The notes under the pieces are model-generated. The model was not told the origin of the DNA and searched no databases. It saw only the letters and a program-made list of their open reading frames with translations. 64,000 bases of DNA from Patescibacteria group bacterium. GTDB taxonomy: Bacteria; Patescibacteriota; Microgenomatia; JAMCZE01. The stretch's first letter is position 1. The number at the start of each line of letters is the position of its first letter. This document shows positions 27,975 through 37,355 of the stretch, piece after piece. A program made the position numbers and the translations under genes. The DNA is taken from contig JAMCRP010000001.1 of NCBI GenBank assembly GCA_023380635.1, forward strand, positions 469,200 to 533,199. Direction: 5' to 3'.

Positions 27975-29156
27975 ATGTGCAAGGCAGTTGCTATTTTTCT
28001 CTGCGGCTTCGTTGTTTTTCTTCTTTTTGCGCCAAAACCGGCCTTGGCCCAAGGCTACGAATTGCTACCGGCAGGGCAGAGTATTGATTCTGATTATTTC
28101 CGCACCGGCCAAACAGTACAGATTGACGGGGATATTCATGGAGACGCCTTTCTGGCCGGCGGGGTGGTGACGGTAAACGGCAAAATCGACGGGGACTTGT
28201 TTGTTCTTGGAGGCAAAGTTAATGTAAATGGGGAAGTGGGTAACAGCATTCGTGTAGTTGGCGGGGATGTCACTATTAATGCCCCGGTCAGCCGGAACAC
28301 CTTGTTAATTTGTGGAAATTGTAGTGTCACTAAACAGTCAACTATCGGTGGTAGTTTATTAGTAACTGCAGCTAATCTGGAACTATCCGCTGCGCAAATT
28401 GGTCGTGGCTTCCGTTTTTTTGGCAGCCGACTTTATTTAAACTCGCCGATTAATAATGAAGCGTATGTGGTTGCCAATCGGGAATTTTTGCTCGGCCCCC
28501 AGGCTTCCATTTCCAGCAGCTTAAAATACACCGGAAACTCCGAAGCCGTTCTGGAACCAGGAGCCACGATCGCCGGAAATATTTCTTATCAGAAAGAAAA
28601 CCCGGATACCAATTACCCGCGCTTTTTCGGAGCCCGGACCTTGTTGTCGTCTTATCAGAGAATTAAGCCGATTACGGAAGTTTTGGGTTTTGTGGTTTCT
28701 GCTTTAATCGGCTTTTTGCTTCTGGGGCTTTTTCCCCGGATTTTTGAAAAAACAGTCATGGCTATGGAAAACCGGCCGGCCGCTTCTTTTGGCTGGGGAA
28801 TAATTATCGCTTTAATGGCGCCGCTGGTTGTGGTTTTGTTTGCCATTACAATTGTAGGAATTCCAGTATCGCTGGTGCTTCTTCTGGTCGGTTCGCTGGC
28901 CTGGGTCGGGGCTCAATATTTAACGGCTTTCTTTATTGGCCGGAAGATAATGCTACCGCGGTTTGGCGAAAGACGGGGTTGGGCTTTGCTTTTGGGGTTG
29001 TTTTTGATCGCGCTTTTGGGATTAATTCCCATTGCCGGAGCCTTAGTTAAGATGCTTCTGGTGGTTTTTGCTCTGGGAGCAGCCGTTTTGGCCTACAAGC
29101 AACCGGTGATTATTGAACCCCGGCTGTTGGGGCACCGGCGAAAGTCAAGGTCTTAA
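27975..29156 (+). CDS. Polymer-forming cytoskeletal (bactofilin-like beta-helix) membrane protein
   Basis: Signal peptide, repeated 'G..V.I.G.I.GD' units, C-terminal multi-TM region 'ITIVGIP'. Confidence 0.8.
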   Translation: MCKAVAIFLCGFVVFLLFAPKPALAQGYELLPAGQSIDSDYFRTGQTVQIDGDIHGDAFLAGGVVTVNGKIDGDLFVLGGKVNVNGEVGNSIRVVGGDVTINAPVSRNTLLICGNCSVTKQSTIGGSLLVTAANLELSAAQIGRGFRFFGSRLYLNSPINNEAYVVANREFLLGPQASISSSLKYTGNSEAVLEPGATIAGNISYQKENPDTNYPRFFGARTLLSSYQRIKPITEVLGFVVSALIGFLLLGLFPRIFEKTVMAMENRPAASFGWGIIIALMAPLVVVLFAITIVGIPVSLVLLLVGSLAWVGAQYLTAFFIGRKIMLPRFGERRGWALLLGLFLIALLGLIPIAGALVKMLLVVFALGAAVLAYKQPVIIEPRLLGHRRKSRS

Positions 29157-29739
29157 GGTTAACGGTTAAACCGTTATTGGTCTTCACTAAAACTCTCAGG
29201 ACGAATCCGGCCGGGTTTGTGTCGTAAACACAAGCGGTGCCGGAACAGGTACCAAGGGGGATGGCCTTGCGGGTGAAAGGCGCCGAAAAGCTGCCTTTAA
29301 CCAGGCGGGGGATATTGGGGTCGGCAGTATAGCTTAGGGAATAATCCATTCCGGTTACCAAATTTAAATCTGCTCCAGCAAAATCCACATACAAATTTTT
29401 CAGATCAAAACTAAAAGTTGGAGTAATGTCCACGTTTCCAGTGCCGGTTACCGTCCAGCCGGTGCTGGTAGTGGTTGAGGCCGGAGTGGCCGCCGGAGTG
29501 GCCGCCGGTGCCGGGCGGTTAGTTAGAGTAGTCGGGGCTGCGCTGGGAGTACTGGTTTTTGCCGGAGCCCCAGGCGGAGCCAGTTTGACGACGGTTGTCG
29601 GCGGAGTGGGTTCAGACTCGCTGGCTTTAGACAAAATAGAACGGGTGACGGCTACGCCGGTAGCAATAACCCCTCCGGCAGCTACGATGATGACGACGAT
29701 TAAAATTATTTTCCTGGCTTGCGGCGTAATTTCCACCAC
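29110..29739 (-). CDS. Membrane-anchored Pro/Thr-rich hypothetical protein
   Basis: N-terminal TM, P/T linker, C-terminal domain 'LGTCSGTACVYD'. Confidence 0.7.
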   Translation of the reverse strand: MVEITPQARKIILIVVIIVAAGGVIATGVAVTRSILSKASESEPTPPTTVVKLAPPGAPAKTSTPSAAPTTLTNRPAPAATPAATPASTTTSTGWTVTGTGNVDITPTFSFDLKNLYVDFAGADLNLVTGMDYSLSYTADPNIPRLVKGSFSAPFTRKAIPLGTCSGTACVYDTNPAGFVLRVLVKTNNGLTVNLKTLTFAGAPTAGVQ

Positions 29740-29743
29740 CTCT

Positions 29744-30724
29744 TTAGATTAAATCAAGGGCAGGGTTGGCGTCAACTTGTTGCCACGGAGCTGTCTTTTG
29801 GTTGAAGTAGGCAGCCGACGCAATGTAAGCGGCGTTATCAGTACAAAGTTGTATTGGCGGTACATGAAGAGTAACCGTAGTCGGTAGTCTGTAGACAGTA
29901 GATTGTAACTTTTCTCGTAGTCGTTTATTGGCGGCCACGCCGCCGGCCAGGAGAACACTTTTTACCTGATATTTTTCCGCTGCTTGCAAGGTTTTTCTAA
30001 CCAGAACATCGGTAACGGCTTCCTGAAGTTCGTAAGCAATTTCTTTAGAGTTTGGTGTCAAGCGGGAAGCGTAAAGAGAAGAAACCGCGGTTTTTAAGCC
30101 GCTAAAGCTAAAATCTAAATTTTTCTCGTTAATCATTGGCCTGGGTAACTTGACGCTTAACGCTTGACGCTTAACGCTTTCGGCTGCTTTTTCAACGGCT
30201 GGTCCGCCGGGATAACCGAGGTCAAGCAGTCTGGCACACTTATCAAAACATTCTCCGGCAGCGTCATCCCGGGTGCCCCCAAGATATTTAATGTTGCTGT
30301 GATCTCGCATAAGGATTAATTCGCTGTGCCCTCCGCTAACCAGTAACACCATTGCGGGTAAAACCGGGGGAGTCCCCGTCAGCCAATTAGCGTAAATGTG
30401 GCCAATAAGATGGTTGACAGGAATAAGGGGCTTTTTCCAGGCCAGAGCCAAGGCCTTAGCGGTTTCCACACCAACAAGTAGACTGCCAATCAGTCCGGGA
30501 CCAATAGTTACTGCGATCGCATCAAAATCAGTAATCATGGCTTCTTTTAAAACAGGAATCATTGAAGCCAATTGTTCCCGGGCTGCTTGTTCCGGAATAA
30601 TCCCGCCAAACTTAGCATGCATGGCCTGAGAACTGGCTACCACATTAGAAACTATCTTGGTTCCATCTTCAACAATAGCTGCCGCCGTTTCGTCACAGGA
30701 AGTTTCAATCCCTAATATGCGCAT
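29744..30724 (-). CDS. tsaD: tRNA N6-threonylcarbamoyltransferase TsaD
   Basis: 'ILGIETSCDET', 'GPGL', 'NHL.GH', 'SGGHS', 'DDAAGE.FDK', 'FSFSGLKT', 'CTDNA'. Confidence 0.97.
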   Translation of the reverse strand: MRILGIETSCDETAAAIVEDGTKIVSNVVASSQAMHAKFGGIIPEQAAREQLASMIPVLKEAMITDFDAIAVTIGPGLIGSLLVGVETAKALALAWKKPLIPVNHLIGHIYANWLTGTPPVLPAMVLLVSGGHSELILMRDHSNIKYLGGTRDDAAGECFDKCARLLDLGYPGGPAVEKAAESVKRQALSVKLPRPMINEKNLDFSFSGLKTAVSSLYASRLTPNSKEIAYELQEAVTDVLVRKTLQAAEKYQVKSVLLAGGVAANKRLREKLQSTVYRLPTTVTLHVPPIQLCTDNAAYIASAAYFNQKTAPWQQVDANPALDLI

Positions 30725-30745
30725 AACATTGCTATAATATCAGAT

Positions 30746-30979
30746 GTGGTTAATGAAAAGGCAAGGGAACTGGTAAACAAGGCTGATGATCTTGCTAATG
30801 ACAGCGCTTTGCGCATTGCTCGTGGATTGGCAGCCAGAAAGATATTTTTTAACGAAAATGTTGAGGAAAGAATAGAAGAATTAGAAAGACTAGCTGGCCA
30901 AGAACACGATGGCATAGCGTCTAAAATTCTAATATCTTACAAAAATATAGTAGAAGACCTTAAACCTAAAACTAATTAG
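30746..30979 (+). CDS. Small hypothetical protein
   Basis: 77-aa helical ORF with TATAAT 7 nt before the GTG. Confidence 0.5.
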   Translation: MVNEKARELVNKADDLANDSALRIARGLAARKIFFNENVEERIEELERLAGQEHDGIASKILISYKNIVEDLKPKTN

Positions 30980-32402
30980 TTTTCGTACCCCGCAAGTATC
31001 TAGCAGGCCAAGGAACATAATCTGACCAAACTGTTTCGTTAATTAGAGTTTGCCCGCTGCGGGTGACCAGTCTTTTAAAGTAAACTTTTGCCCCATAGTG
31101 GGCTGTGTCAACCTGAGTAACAACGCCTACCGGCTTAGTTGGGTCGTCTTCATAAATCGGCGCCGGCGGGGGAGCGGTCGAAACAATCACTGGGCCGGTA
31201 ATATTTACTACTCGGTTATCCGAGGTCCCGAAAAGATCAAAAGTTAATTTTTTATTGGCTTCATCAAAGGTAGTTTGAATTAAAATCCAACCGTTAGTAT
31301 CGTTTTTAAACCTAAAGTCTGGATCGGGAGGGTAAACCGTTGCATCCAGGCCGGGCAAAAAGCCGCCCTGTTCATAATAGCCGACCCGGTATGAATGGGC
31401 GGTGCGGGCGATCACTGGTAACCCTGCGTTTAAAACCGCCCGGTATAAAGTCGTCGACACTTGGCAAACGCCACCGCCGTCATCCAAAACGGTTTTTCCC
31501 TCTTTAATGGAGTAGGCCTTCGCAAAGCCAAAAACGGCTGAAACCGTGCCAATCGCCTGATCAAATGAAAAAGTTTCCCCGGGGGCTACCAAGCTGCCGT
31601 TAATTTTACTGGCGCCCAGAGAAATGTTATAAACGCGGCCGGGGATGGAATCATAAAAATAGGATTCGCCCCGTCCCAAGAGGGTTTTAATGCCCAGACT
31701 ATCGGCTGTCGAGGAATTGACTGAAGGGTAGATTACCTGGGTCGGCAGAATATAAGTAGCTGTAGTCGGCTGCCTGTAGTCAGCAGACTTCTTGGCGGCG
31801 GCCAAAATGGTTTCCTTAATTTTTTCCCGGTCGATACTTAGCCCGTTTTCGGAAGGGCGGAAAGCGGTGACGCGGCCCCGGCGGTCCGGTCCGCTATTGG
31901 GCACAAACTGATAAACCGCGTCGACGGCCACTTTTTCGATCTTGGGCGCTACCGTGTCAATTTTTTGGTCGAGAGGTTTTTCGTCGAAATTAACTTCAAA
32001 GGGTAAATTAATCTGGTTTTGCCAGGCGGCGACAATCTGCAGGAAATTGTAATAAGGGTTGGGGGTTTGCCGGCCGATAGAAAAAGCCCGTCTGGCCATA
32101 AGGCCGGTGTCGGGACGAAGGTTTAATTCTTTACCGGTAGCCGACACGGTTGCTTTGGGGTCAGAAAAAACAAAACTCAAGCTGTTTAAAGAGTTCGCGT
32201 ATCTTAAGCTTAATTCTTTCTCCAGTTCCGGTTCGGATTTGCCGGATACTTCCACTCCGGCCACTCTGACACCGGGATAAACTTTGTTTTTAAAAGTGGC
32301 GGCAAAGACCAAATATAAAGCGGCGCTTATGCTTAAAGCGGTTACCGTGGCGCCCAGCAGAAAAAAGAAGGTTGTCTTTAAAAAAGCGCGCGTCCGGTGC
32401 AT
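30972..32402 (-). CDS. VanW family protein with peptidoglycan-binding domain (YoaR-like)
   Basis: 'PGE.FSF', 'GGGVCQVSTTLYRA', 'GLDATV', 'D.RFKNDT'. Start uncertain. Confidence 0.9.
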   Translation of the reverse strand: MHRTRAFLKTTFFFLLGATVTALSISAALYLVFAATFKNKVYPGVRVAGVEVSGKSEPELEKELSLRYANSLNSLSFVFSDPKATVSATGKELNLRPDTGLMARRAFSIGRQTPNPYYNFLQIVAAWQNQINLPFEVNFDEKPLDQKIDTVAPKIEKVAVDAVYQFVPNSGPDRRGRVTAFRPSENGLSIDREKIKETILAAAKKSADYRQPTTATYILPTQVIYPSVNSSTADSLGIKTLLGRGESYFYDSIPGRVYNISLGASKINGSLVAPGETFSFDQAIGTVSAVFGFAKAYSIKEGKTVLDDGGGVCQVSTTLYRAVLNAGLPVIARTAHSYRVGYYEQGGFLPGLDATVYPPDPDFRFKNDTNGWILIQTTFDEANKKLTFDLFGTSDNRVVNITGPVIVSTAPPPAPIYEDDPTKPVGVVTQVDTAHYGAKVYFKRLVTRSGQTLINETVWSDYVPWPARYLRGTKTN

Positions 32403-32427
32403 AATGATGGTAATCATTGTAGCAAAG

Positions 32428-33687
32428 ATGGACACTAAAAAAATCCTGCTTTTAGCCGGAGGAGTTTTGGCCGTTCTAATCGTCGCCCTGGTAGTGTTTC
32501 TCCTGACTTTCGTGCGCCGGGTCGGCCCGGTAACTTTAACCTACTGGGGTTTGTGGGAGCCGGAGGAGGTTTTTCAGGGAATAATTGCCGATTACGAGCG
32601 TCTCCATCCCAATGTCACCATTAAATATATTAAGCAATCACCGTTAAATTACCGCGACCGGGTGGTGACGGCTTTATCCGGTACCAACGGTCCGGATATT
32701 GTCCGGATTCACGATAGCTGGGTGCTTACTCTGGCTTCGGGCTTATCTCCAATGCCGGCCAATGTTTATTCCCAGGCTTCTTTTAAACAAACTTTTTATC
32801 CAGCGGCCGCTACTCTTTATCCTTACGCGATCCCCCTGGAAATTGACGATTTGGCCATGTATGTTAACGATGATATTTTGCGGGCCGGGGGGGTCAGTGT
32901 CCCAACCATTTGGGACGGCGACCAGGGGTTTATGGCGACAGCCAGGAAACTAACGGTCCGGGACAGCAGCGGCCGGATTAAAACTGCCGGAGCGGCTATG
33001 GGGACAGCTTCCAATGTTGACCAGTGGCAGGATATTGTGGGTTTAATGATGGCTCAGGCAGGCGATAACTTTAACGCTGAGGCTCTGAATTACTATGTGG
33101 CTTTTGCCACTTCCGAACATATGTGGGACGAAACCCTGGATAATTCCACTCTGGCTTTTGCCAACGGCCAGGTGGCGATGTATTTTGGCCCGTCATGGCG
33201 CTATTTTGACATTAAACAAATCAACCCGAACTTAAATTTCCATCTGGCCCCGGTACCCCAGTTGGCCGGGGGAGCGGCCGCTAATTATGCTTCCTTTTGG
33301 ACCGAAGCCGTTTCCAAGCGCAGTTCTCATCAAAAAGAAGCCTGGGACTTTCTCAAATACCTTTCCAGCAGAGAAGTCTTAACGAAGTTATATGCGGCTG
33401 AAACTAATGTCCGGGGTTTCGGGGAGCCTTATGCGCGAACCGATATGGCCGATCTGCTCTCTGCTGATCCCAATGTTGGCCCGTTTATCGCGGCTGCGCC
33501 GACAGCCAAGACCTGGTATCTCGCATCTAACACCGGCGACGGGGACACCGGCATCAACACCCGGATCGGCAAATACTATGCTGATGCCATAAACTCTATG
33601 CTCCAGGGCAATAACGCCTCTTCCGTCCTGCAGACAGTGCAGCAAGGGGTAACTCAGGTACTTTCACAATATGGTCTTACAAAATAA
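32428..33687 (+). CDS. Extracellular solute-binding protein (family 1, sugar-type)
   Basis: TM anchor, 'LTYWGLWE', 'GPDI', 'F..G.VAMYF', 'AW.FLKYL'. Confidence 0.85.
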   Translation: MDTKKILLLAGGVLAVLIVALVVFLLTFVRRVGPVTLTYWGLWEPEEVFQGIIADYERLHPNVTIKYIKQSPLNYRDRVVTALSGTNGPDIVRIHDSWVLTLASGLSPMPANVYSQASFKQTFYPAAATLYPYAIPLEIDDLAMYVNDDILRAGGVSVPTIWDGDQGFMATARKLTVRDSSGRIKTAGAAMGTASNVDQWQDIVGLMMAQAGDNFNAEALNYYVAFATSEHMWDETLDNSTLAFANGQVAMYFGPSWRYFDIKQINPNLNFHLAPVPQLAGGAAANYASFWTEAVSKRSSHQKEAWDFLKYLSSREVLTKLYAAETNVRGFGEPYARTDMADLLSADPNVGPFIAAAPTAKTWYLASNTGDGDTGINTRIGKYYADAINSMLQGNNASSVLQTVQQGVTQVLSQYGLTK

Positions 33688-33807
33688 ATTCCAAACCACA
33701 AATTCCAAACAAACTCCAATTTTTAAAAATTCAAAACCCGTAGCTTGAGGACTTTGGAGTTTAGAACCTAAGACTTGTTTGGAGCTTGTGTTTGGAACCT
33801 GGAATTT
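33686..33807. repeat. Palindromic AAATTCC-heptamer element (MITE-like) filling a convergent intergenic gap
   Basis: Starts AAATTCCAAACCACAAATTCCAAACAAA and ends TTGTTTGGAGCTTGTGTTTGGAACCTGGAATTT; the ends touch both stop codons. Confidence 0.75.
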
Positions 33808-34799
33808 TATCGATCTGCTTCTTCTTTCCAATATTTTAGTAAATCCTTCCCGATAATGGCCAGAGCTGAGGTTACCGGAATGGCAAAAATAGCGCCCCAG
33901 ACGCCGGCCAGTTTGTAGCCGATTAAAAACGAAAGCAGGACAATAATCGGATGAATTTTCAAGGCTGTGCCCATGAGTTTTGGAGCCACAAGGTTGTAAA
34001 CCAGCTGGGCGGCCAAAATGACCACGATTACGGCAATAATCATTTTCTGAACCGAGACTGTCAGCCCGGCCAAAATTATCGGAATGACAAAGATTACTGA
34101 TCCCACGACCGGAATCATGGCCAAAATGCCGGAAAGAAGAGCAGTAGACAGGGCAAAGTTAATGTTGAGAATAACCAGAGTGAGTAGAGTAATTAGTCCC
34201 AGCAGCAAGCCCAAAACAACCTGAATCTGAATAAAGGAAGCAAAGGTCTGGTTTAGAGTTTTTTCTAGGAACAGGTAATCCTCTTCATATTCGTCGGGAA
34301 TAATATCCAGGAAAAACTTGGAAATTTCCTTGCGGGAGATCAAAAAGTAAAACGAGAGAATCAGAATCAAAAGTAAATTAGTCGCCGTGGTAGCGACTCC
34401 TGATGCCAGAACCAGAGAATTATTGGCGGTCGTGCTTAAGAAACTTTCGACCCGGGCAGACAAGAAAGAATTATCCGGCAGGTAAGCCGGAACCAGGGTG
34501 GCCAGCTGGGAAAACTGAGTGACCATTGTTGGTAACACAACAAGAACCAACAAAACCACACCGGCCGCTAAGGCCAGATAAGTAATAATAGCCGCGGCTA
34601 TTCGCGGTATCCCGCCGGAAGAAATTTTAACGACCAGTGGTTCAAGAATGAAAGCCAGAACCCAGGATAAAATTAGAAGGATAAACAAATCAGCAAAAAG
34701 GCCCAGGAAAGAGCTAAACAGACCCAACAAATGCCAGCCGAGAGTTATAATGCCAAGGATGGCCAAAATCCGCAGCTCTGGAAAGTCTTTAAACTTCAT
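33807..34799 (-). CDS. AI-2E family transporter (PerM-like)
   Basis: 'LA.ILEP.V', 'IP.VG', 'N...P..MG....IHP', 'G..GA..AIP'. Confidence 0.9.
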   Translation of the reverse strand: MKFKDFPELRILAILGIITLGWHLLGLFSSFLGLFADLFILLILSWVLAFILEPLVVKISSGGIPRIAAAIITYLALAAGVVLLVLVVLPTMVTQFSQLATLVPAYLPDNSFLSARVESFLSTTANNSLVLASGVATTATNLLLILILSFYFLISRKEISKFFLDIIPDEYEEDYLFLEKTLNQTFASFIQIQVVLGLLLGLITLLTLVILNINFALSTALLSGILAMIPVVGSVIFVIPIILAGLTVSVQKMIIAVIVVILAAQLVYNLVAPKLMGTALKIHPIIVLLSFLIGYKLAGVWGAIFAIPVTSALAIIGKDLLKYWKEEADR

Positions 34800-35607
34800 T
34801 AATTCTCATTATAGCCAACCCCGATCCGTTTTCAATCGGGGCCGGCTCGCTGCCGTTGTCTACGCTGACCTCTTTGGCTATCCGCTGACGGTTAAAGAAG
34901 CCAAACTTTGGGACATCCGCCAGGTCAGGGCAAAATATTCTTCGCAAAAAGAAAAAGAAGCGCTAAAAGTTACGGGGCTGCTAAAAAAAATCCCGACAGT
35001 GGCGGCAGTCTTTTTAACGGGGTCGGTGGCCGCGCAGAATGCCACTTCTAGGGCTGATATTGATTTAATGATCGTCACCCAGCCTAATACTTTATGGCTG
35101 ACGCGATTATTGGTATTTCCCTGGCTAAAACGGCGGTTTTGTCCCAACATTTTTCTCGATTTAAACCATTTGGAAATTAAGGATCAGAATTTGTTCACTG
35201 CCCATGAAATATTACAAGCAAAATGTTTATATGACCGGGACAAGGTAGAACGACGGTGGTTGAAGGTTAATTTGTGGACAAAGGAATACTTACCAGAGGC
35301 CTACAAAAATTCCAAATCCCGAATTCCAAATCCCAAACATGCTTTAAATTCAAAATCGCAAACCCCGAAATTTTGGAATTTTCCCAATTGGACATTGAAA
35401 TTTATTTGGAATTTGGTGCTTAGCGCCTGGAATTTATTTTTACTTATCCCGGAATTTTTTGCTTTTCTCTTTCAGTATTTGTATATGAAACCAAAAATGA
35501 CTCATGAACGGGTGGGTTGGGGCTTTGCTTTTTTTCACCCTTACAACTTATCAGAAATAGTGGTACAAAAGTTTGAGAAGAAATTGCTAAAATATACCCA
35601 CCTATGA
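34759..35607 (+). CDS. Nucleotidyltransferase-fold hypothetical protein
   Basis: 'Y.D.F.YPLT', 'TGS.A..N.....DIDL.I', 'CPN.F', 'N.FTAHE'. Start placed at ATG 34759, 7 nt after TATAAT. Confidence 0.7.
   Translation: MAKIRSSGKSLNFINSHYSQPRSVFNRGRLAAVVYADLFGYPLTVKEAKLWDIRQVRAKYSSQKEKEALKVTGLLKKIPTVAAVFLTGSVAAQNATSRADIDLMIVTQPNTLWLTRLLVFPWLKRRFCPNIFLDLNHLEIKDQNLFTAHEILQAKCLYDRDKVERRWLKVNLWTKEYLPEAYKNSKSRIPNPKHALNSKSQTPKFWNFPNWTLKFIWNLVLSAWNLFLLIPEFFAFLFQYLYMKPKMTHERVGWGFAFFHPYNLSEIVVQKFEKKLLKYTHL
35307..35435. repeat. 129-bp palindromic AAATTCC-heptamer element inserted in frame
   Basis: AAATTCCAAATCCCGAATTCCAAATCCCAAAC...ATTTGGAATTTGGTGCTTAGCGCCTGGAATTT; same family as 33686-33807; length equals 43 codons. 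Confidence 0.78.
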
Positions 35608-37334
35608 AGAAGCTTCTTCTGGTAGTAACAATTCTCTTAACACTTTATGCTTTCCGCTCGACGCTGTCTTTTGCTGACGAGTGTAATTCCAGCTGTAATT
35701 CCGACTCCGAATGCAGTGCCAAAATTGCTGAATGTCAAAAACTTCTGGATATGTCCATCGCTGCTACCAAGCCACACGAACAGACGGTGCAGACCCTGGA
35801 AAAGGAGATTGCCGATATTGAAACTAACACCAAAGCGTTGGCAGCCCTAATTGAGAAAAAAAAGGAGCTGATTGACGCTGACGAGATTAAATTTACCAAA
35901 CAACAGCAAAGTCTGGACAGTCAAATTCGTGATTACTACAAGAAAAACTGGACTTCGCCCCTCGAATACTTTCTCGTTATGGCCTTAAGCGGGGACAATG
36001 TCGGTGACACTTTGCATAATCTGGCTTACCGGCAAACCTTGATTAATCAGGAAAAAAACACCATTACCACTTTGGTCATGGAGCTTTCCGATTTAAACTC
36101 CCAAAAACAGAAACTGGAGGACAACCAGACCTGGCTGGCGGCCAAACGGGCGGGCCTGGAAACAACTTTAGCGCCAATTAAAAAACTGGTTGCCGACGCT
36201 AAAGCCTACCAATCTCAGTTAAATCAAACAGTGGGAACTTTAAGCGCCCGTCAGCAGGAATTGTTGGCGGAAAAAACAGGAAACTTTTCCACCAGTGTCG
36301 GCGATGTACCGGACACCCAGGATGACAACTCATCAATTGATGGTTTTCGACGAAACGCCCCCGCGGGCTCTTTTGCCGGCTTTTCCTTCGGGGCACCGCA
36401 CCGCAAGGGAATGAGCCAATACGGTGCCTGGGGTCGGGCTAAATCCGGACAAAGCGCCGAAGATATTCTCCACGCCTACTACGGCGGGATCGAAATTAAA
36501 AAAGATTATTCCACTTCGATTAATATTTCTGTTCAGGGTTACGGAACATACAATATTGAGGACTATGTTAAAAGAATTTATGAGATGCCTTCTTCCTGGA
36601 CAGATAATAACCGGGCAGCCCTAATGGCTCAGGCGGTGGCGGCCCGGTCGTACGCTTTGGCCTACACGAATAACGGCAGCGGGTCAATTTGTGCCACGGA
36701 ATCCTGTCAGGTATTTCAGCCGAATGACAAGGGCGGAGACTGGGATGCGGCGGTGGACGCTACCCGAGGTTGGGTACTGGTGGCCAACGGCCAGCCGTTT
36801 TCCGCTTGGTATGCCGCTTCCGCCGGCGGTTATACTTATTCCTATTCTGCTCAGGGCTACTCAACGCCGGGCGGGTGGGATACCAAGTGCGGCAGTCAAT
36901 CCTGCTGGACCAACGACGCCTACGAAAAAATTGCCAATTCTCCCTGGTTTTATAAAGCCTGGTATAAACCCCGCTATAGCAGTGCCAGCCGTCCCAATGC
37001 CTGGCTCTCCGGCGATGAATTTACCGATATTGCCAATGCCGCGCTGCTTTACGAGAAAGACAGCAGTACTATGTCTCATCTTTCTCAGACGGACAAATCC
37101 AATCCGGATACCTGGTCGAGAGATCAGGTTAAAAATGAACTGCGCAACCGGGGCGTGACCCCTTTTGACAATGTGAGCAGCGTAAGCGTGTCGTATTCCA
37201 CCGGCGGCTATACAAACACAGTGACCATTAACGGTCATAATTTTGACGGTGGTAACTTCCGGCAAATTTTTAACATTCGCGCTCCGGGAGAAATCTGGCT
37301 AGCCAGCGCCCTGTTTAACATAGAACATAAGTAA
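35604..37334 (+). CDS. Secreted coiled-coil + SpoIID/LytB-domain protein (lytic transglycosylase-like)
   Basis: Signal peptide, long coiled coil, 'GMSQYGA', 'YEMP..W', 'AQAVAARSY', 'CQV', 'AV..T.G'. Confidence 0.85.
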   Translation: MKKLLLVVTILLTLYAFRSTLSFADECNSSCNSDSECSAKIAECQKLLDMSIAATKPHEQTVQTLEKEIADIETNTKALAALIEKKKELIDADEIKFTKQQQSLDSQIRDYYKKNWTSPLEYFLVMALSGDNVGDTLHNLAYRQTLINQEKNTITTLVMELSDLNSQKQKLEDNQTWLAAKRAGLETTLAPIKKLVADAKAYQSQLNQTVGTLSARQQELLAEKTGNFSTSVGDVPDTQDDNSSIDGFRRNAPAGSFAGFSFGAPHRKGMSQYGAWGRAKSGQSAEDILHAYYGGIEIKKDYSTSINISVQGYGTYNIEDYVKRIYEMPSSWTDNNRAALMAQAVAARSYALAYTNNGSGSICATESCQVFQPNDKGGDWDAAVDATRGWVLVANGQPFSAWYAASAGGYTYSYSAQGYSTPGGWDTKCGSQSCWTNDAYEKIANSPWFYKAWYKPRYSSASRPNAWLSGDEFTDIANAALLYEKDSSTMSHLSQTDKSNPDTWSRDQVKNELRNRGVTPFDNVSSVSVSYSTGGYTNTVTINGHNFDGGNFRQIFNIRAPGEIWLASALFNIEHK

Positions 37335-37355
37335 GCTGCCTGATATAATGGCGTA

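Noticed and set aside
29474-29512. 12-bp tandem repeat GCCGGAGTGGCC
   Set aside because: Explained by a PAAT peptide repeat in a Pro/Thr linker; the period is a multiple of 3.
33686-33807. CRISPR array in the AT-rich repeat tracts (also 35307 and 51306)
   Set aside because: No constant repeat with unique spacers and no cas genes; the tracts are degenerate heptamer palindromes.
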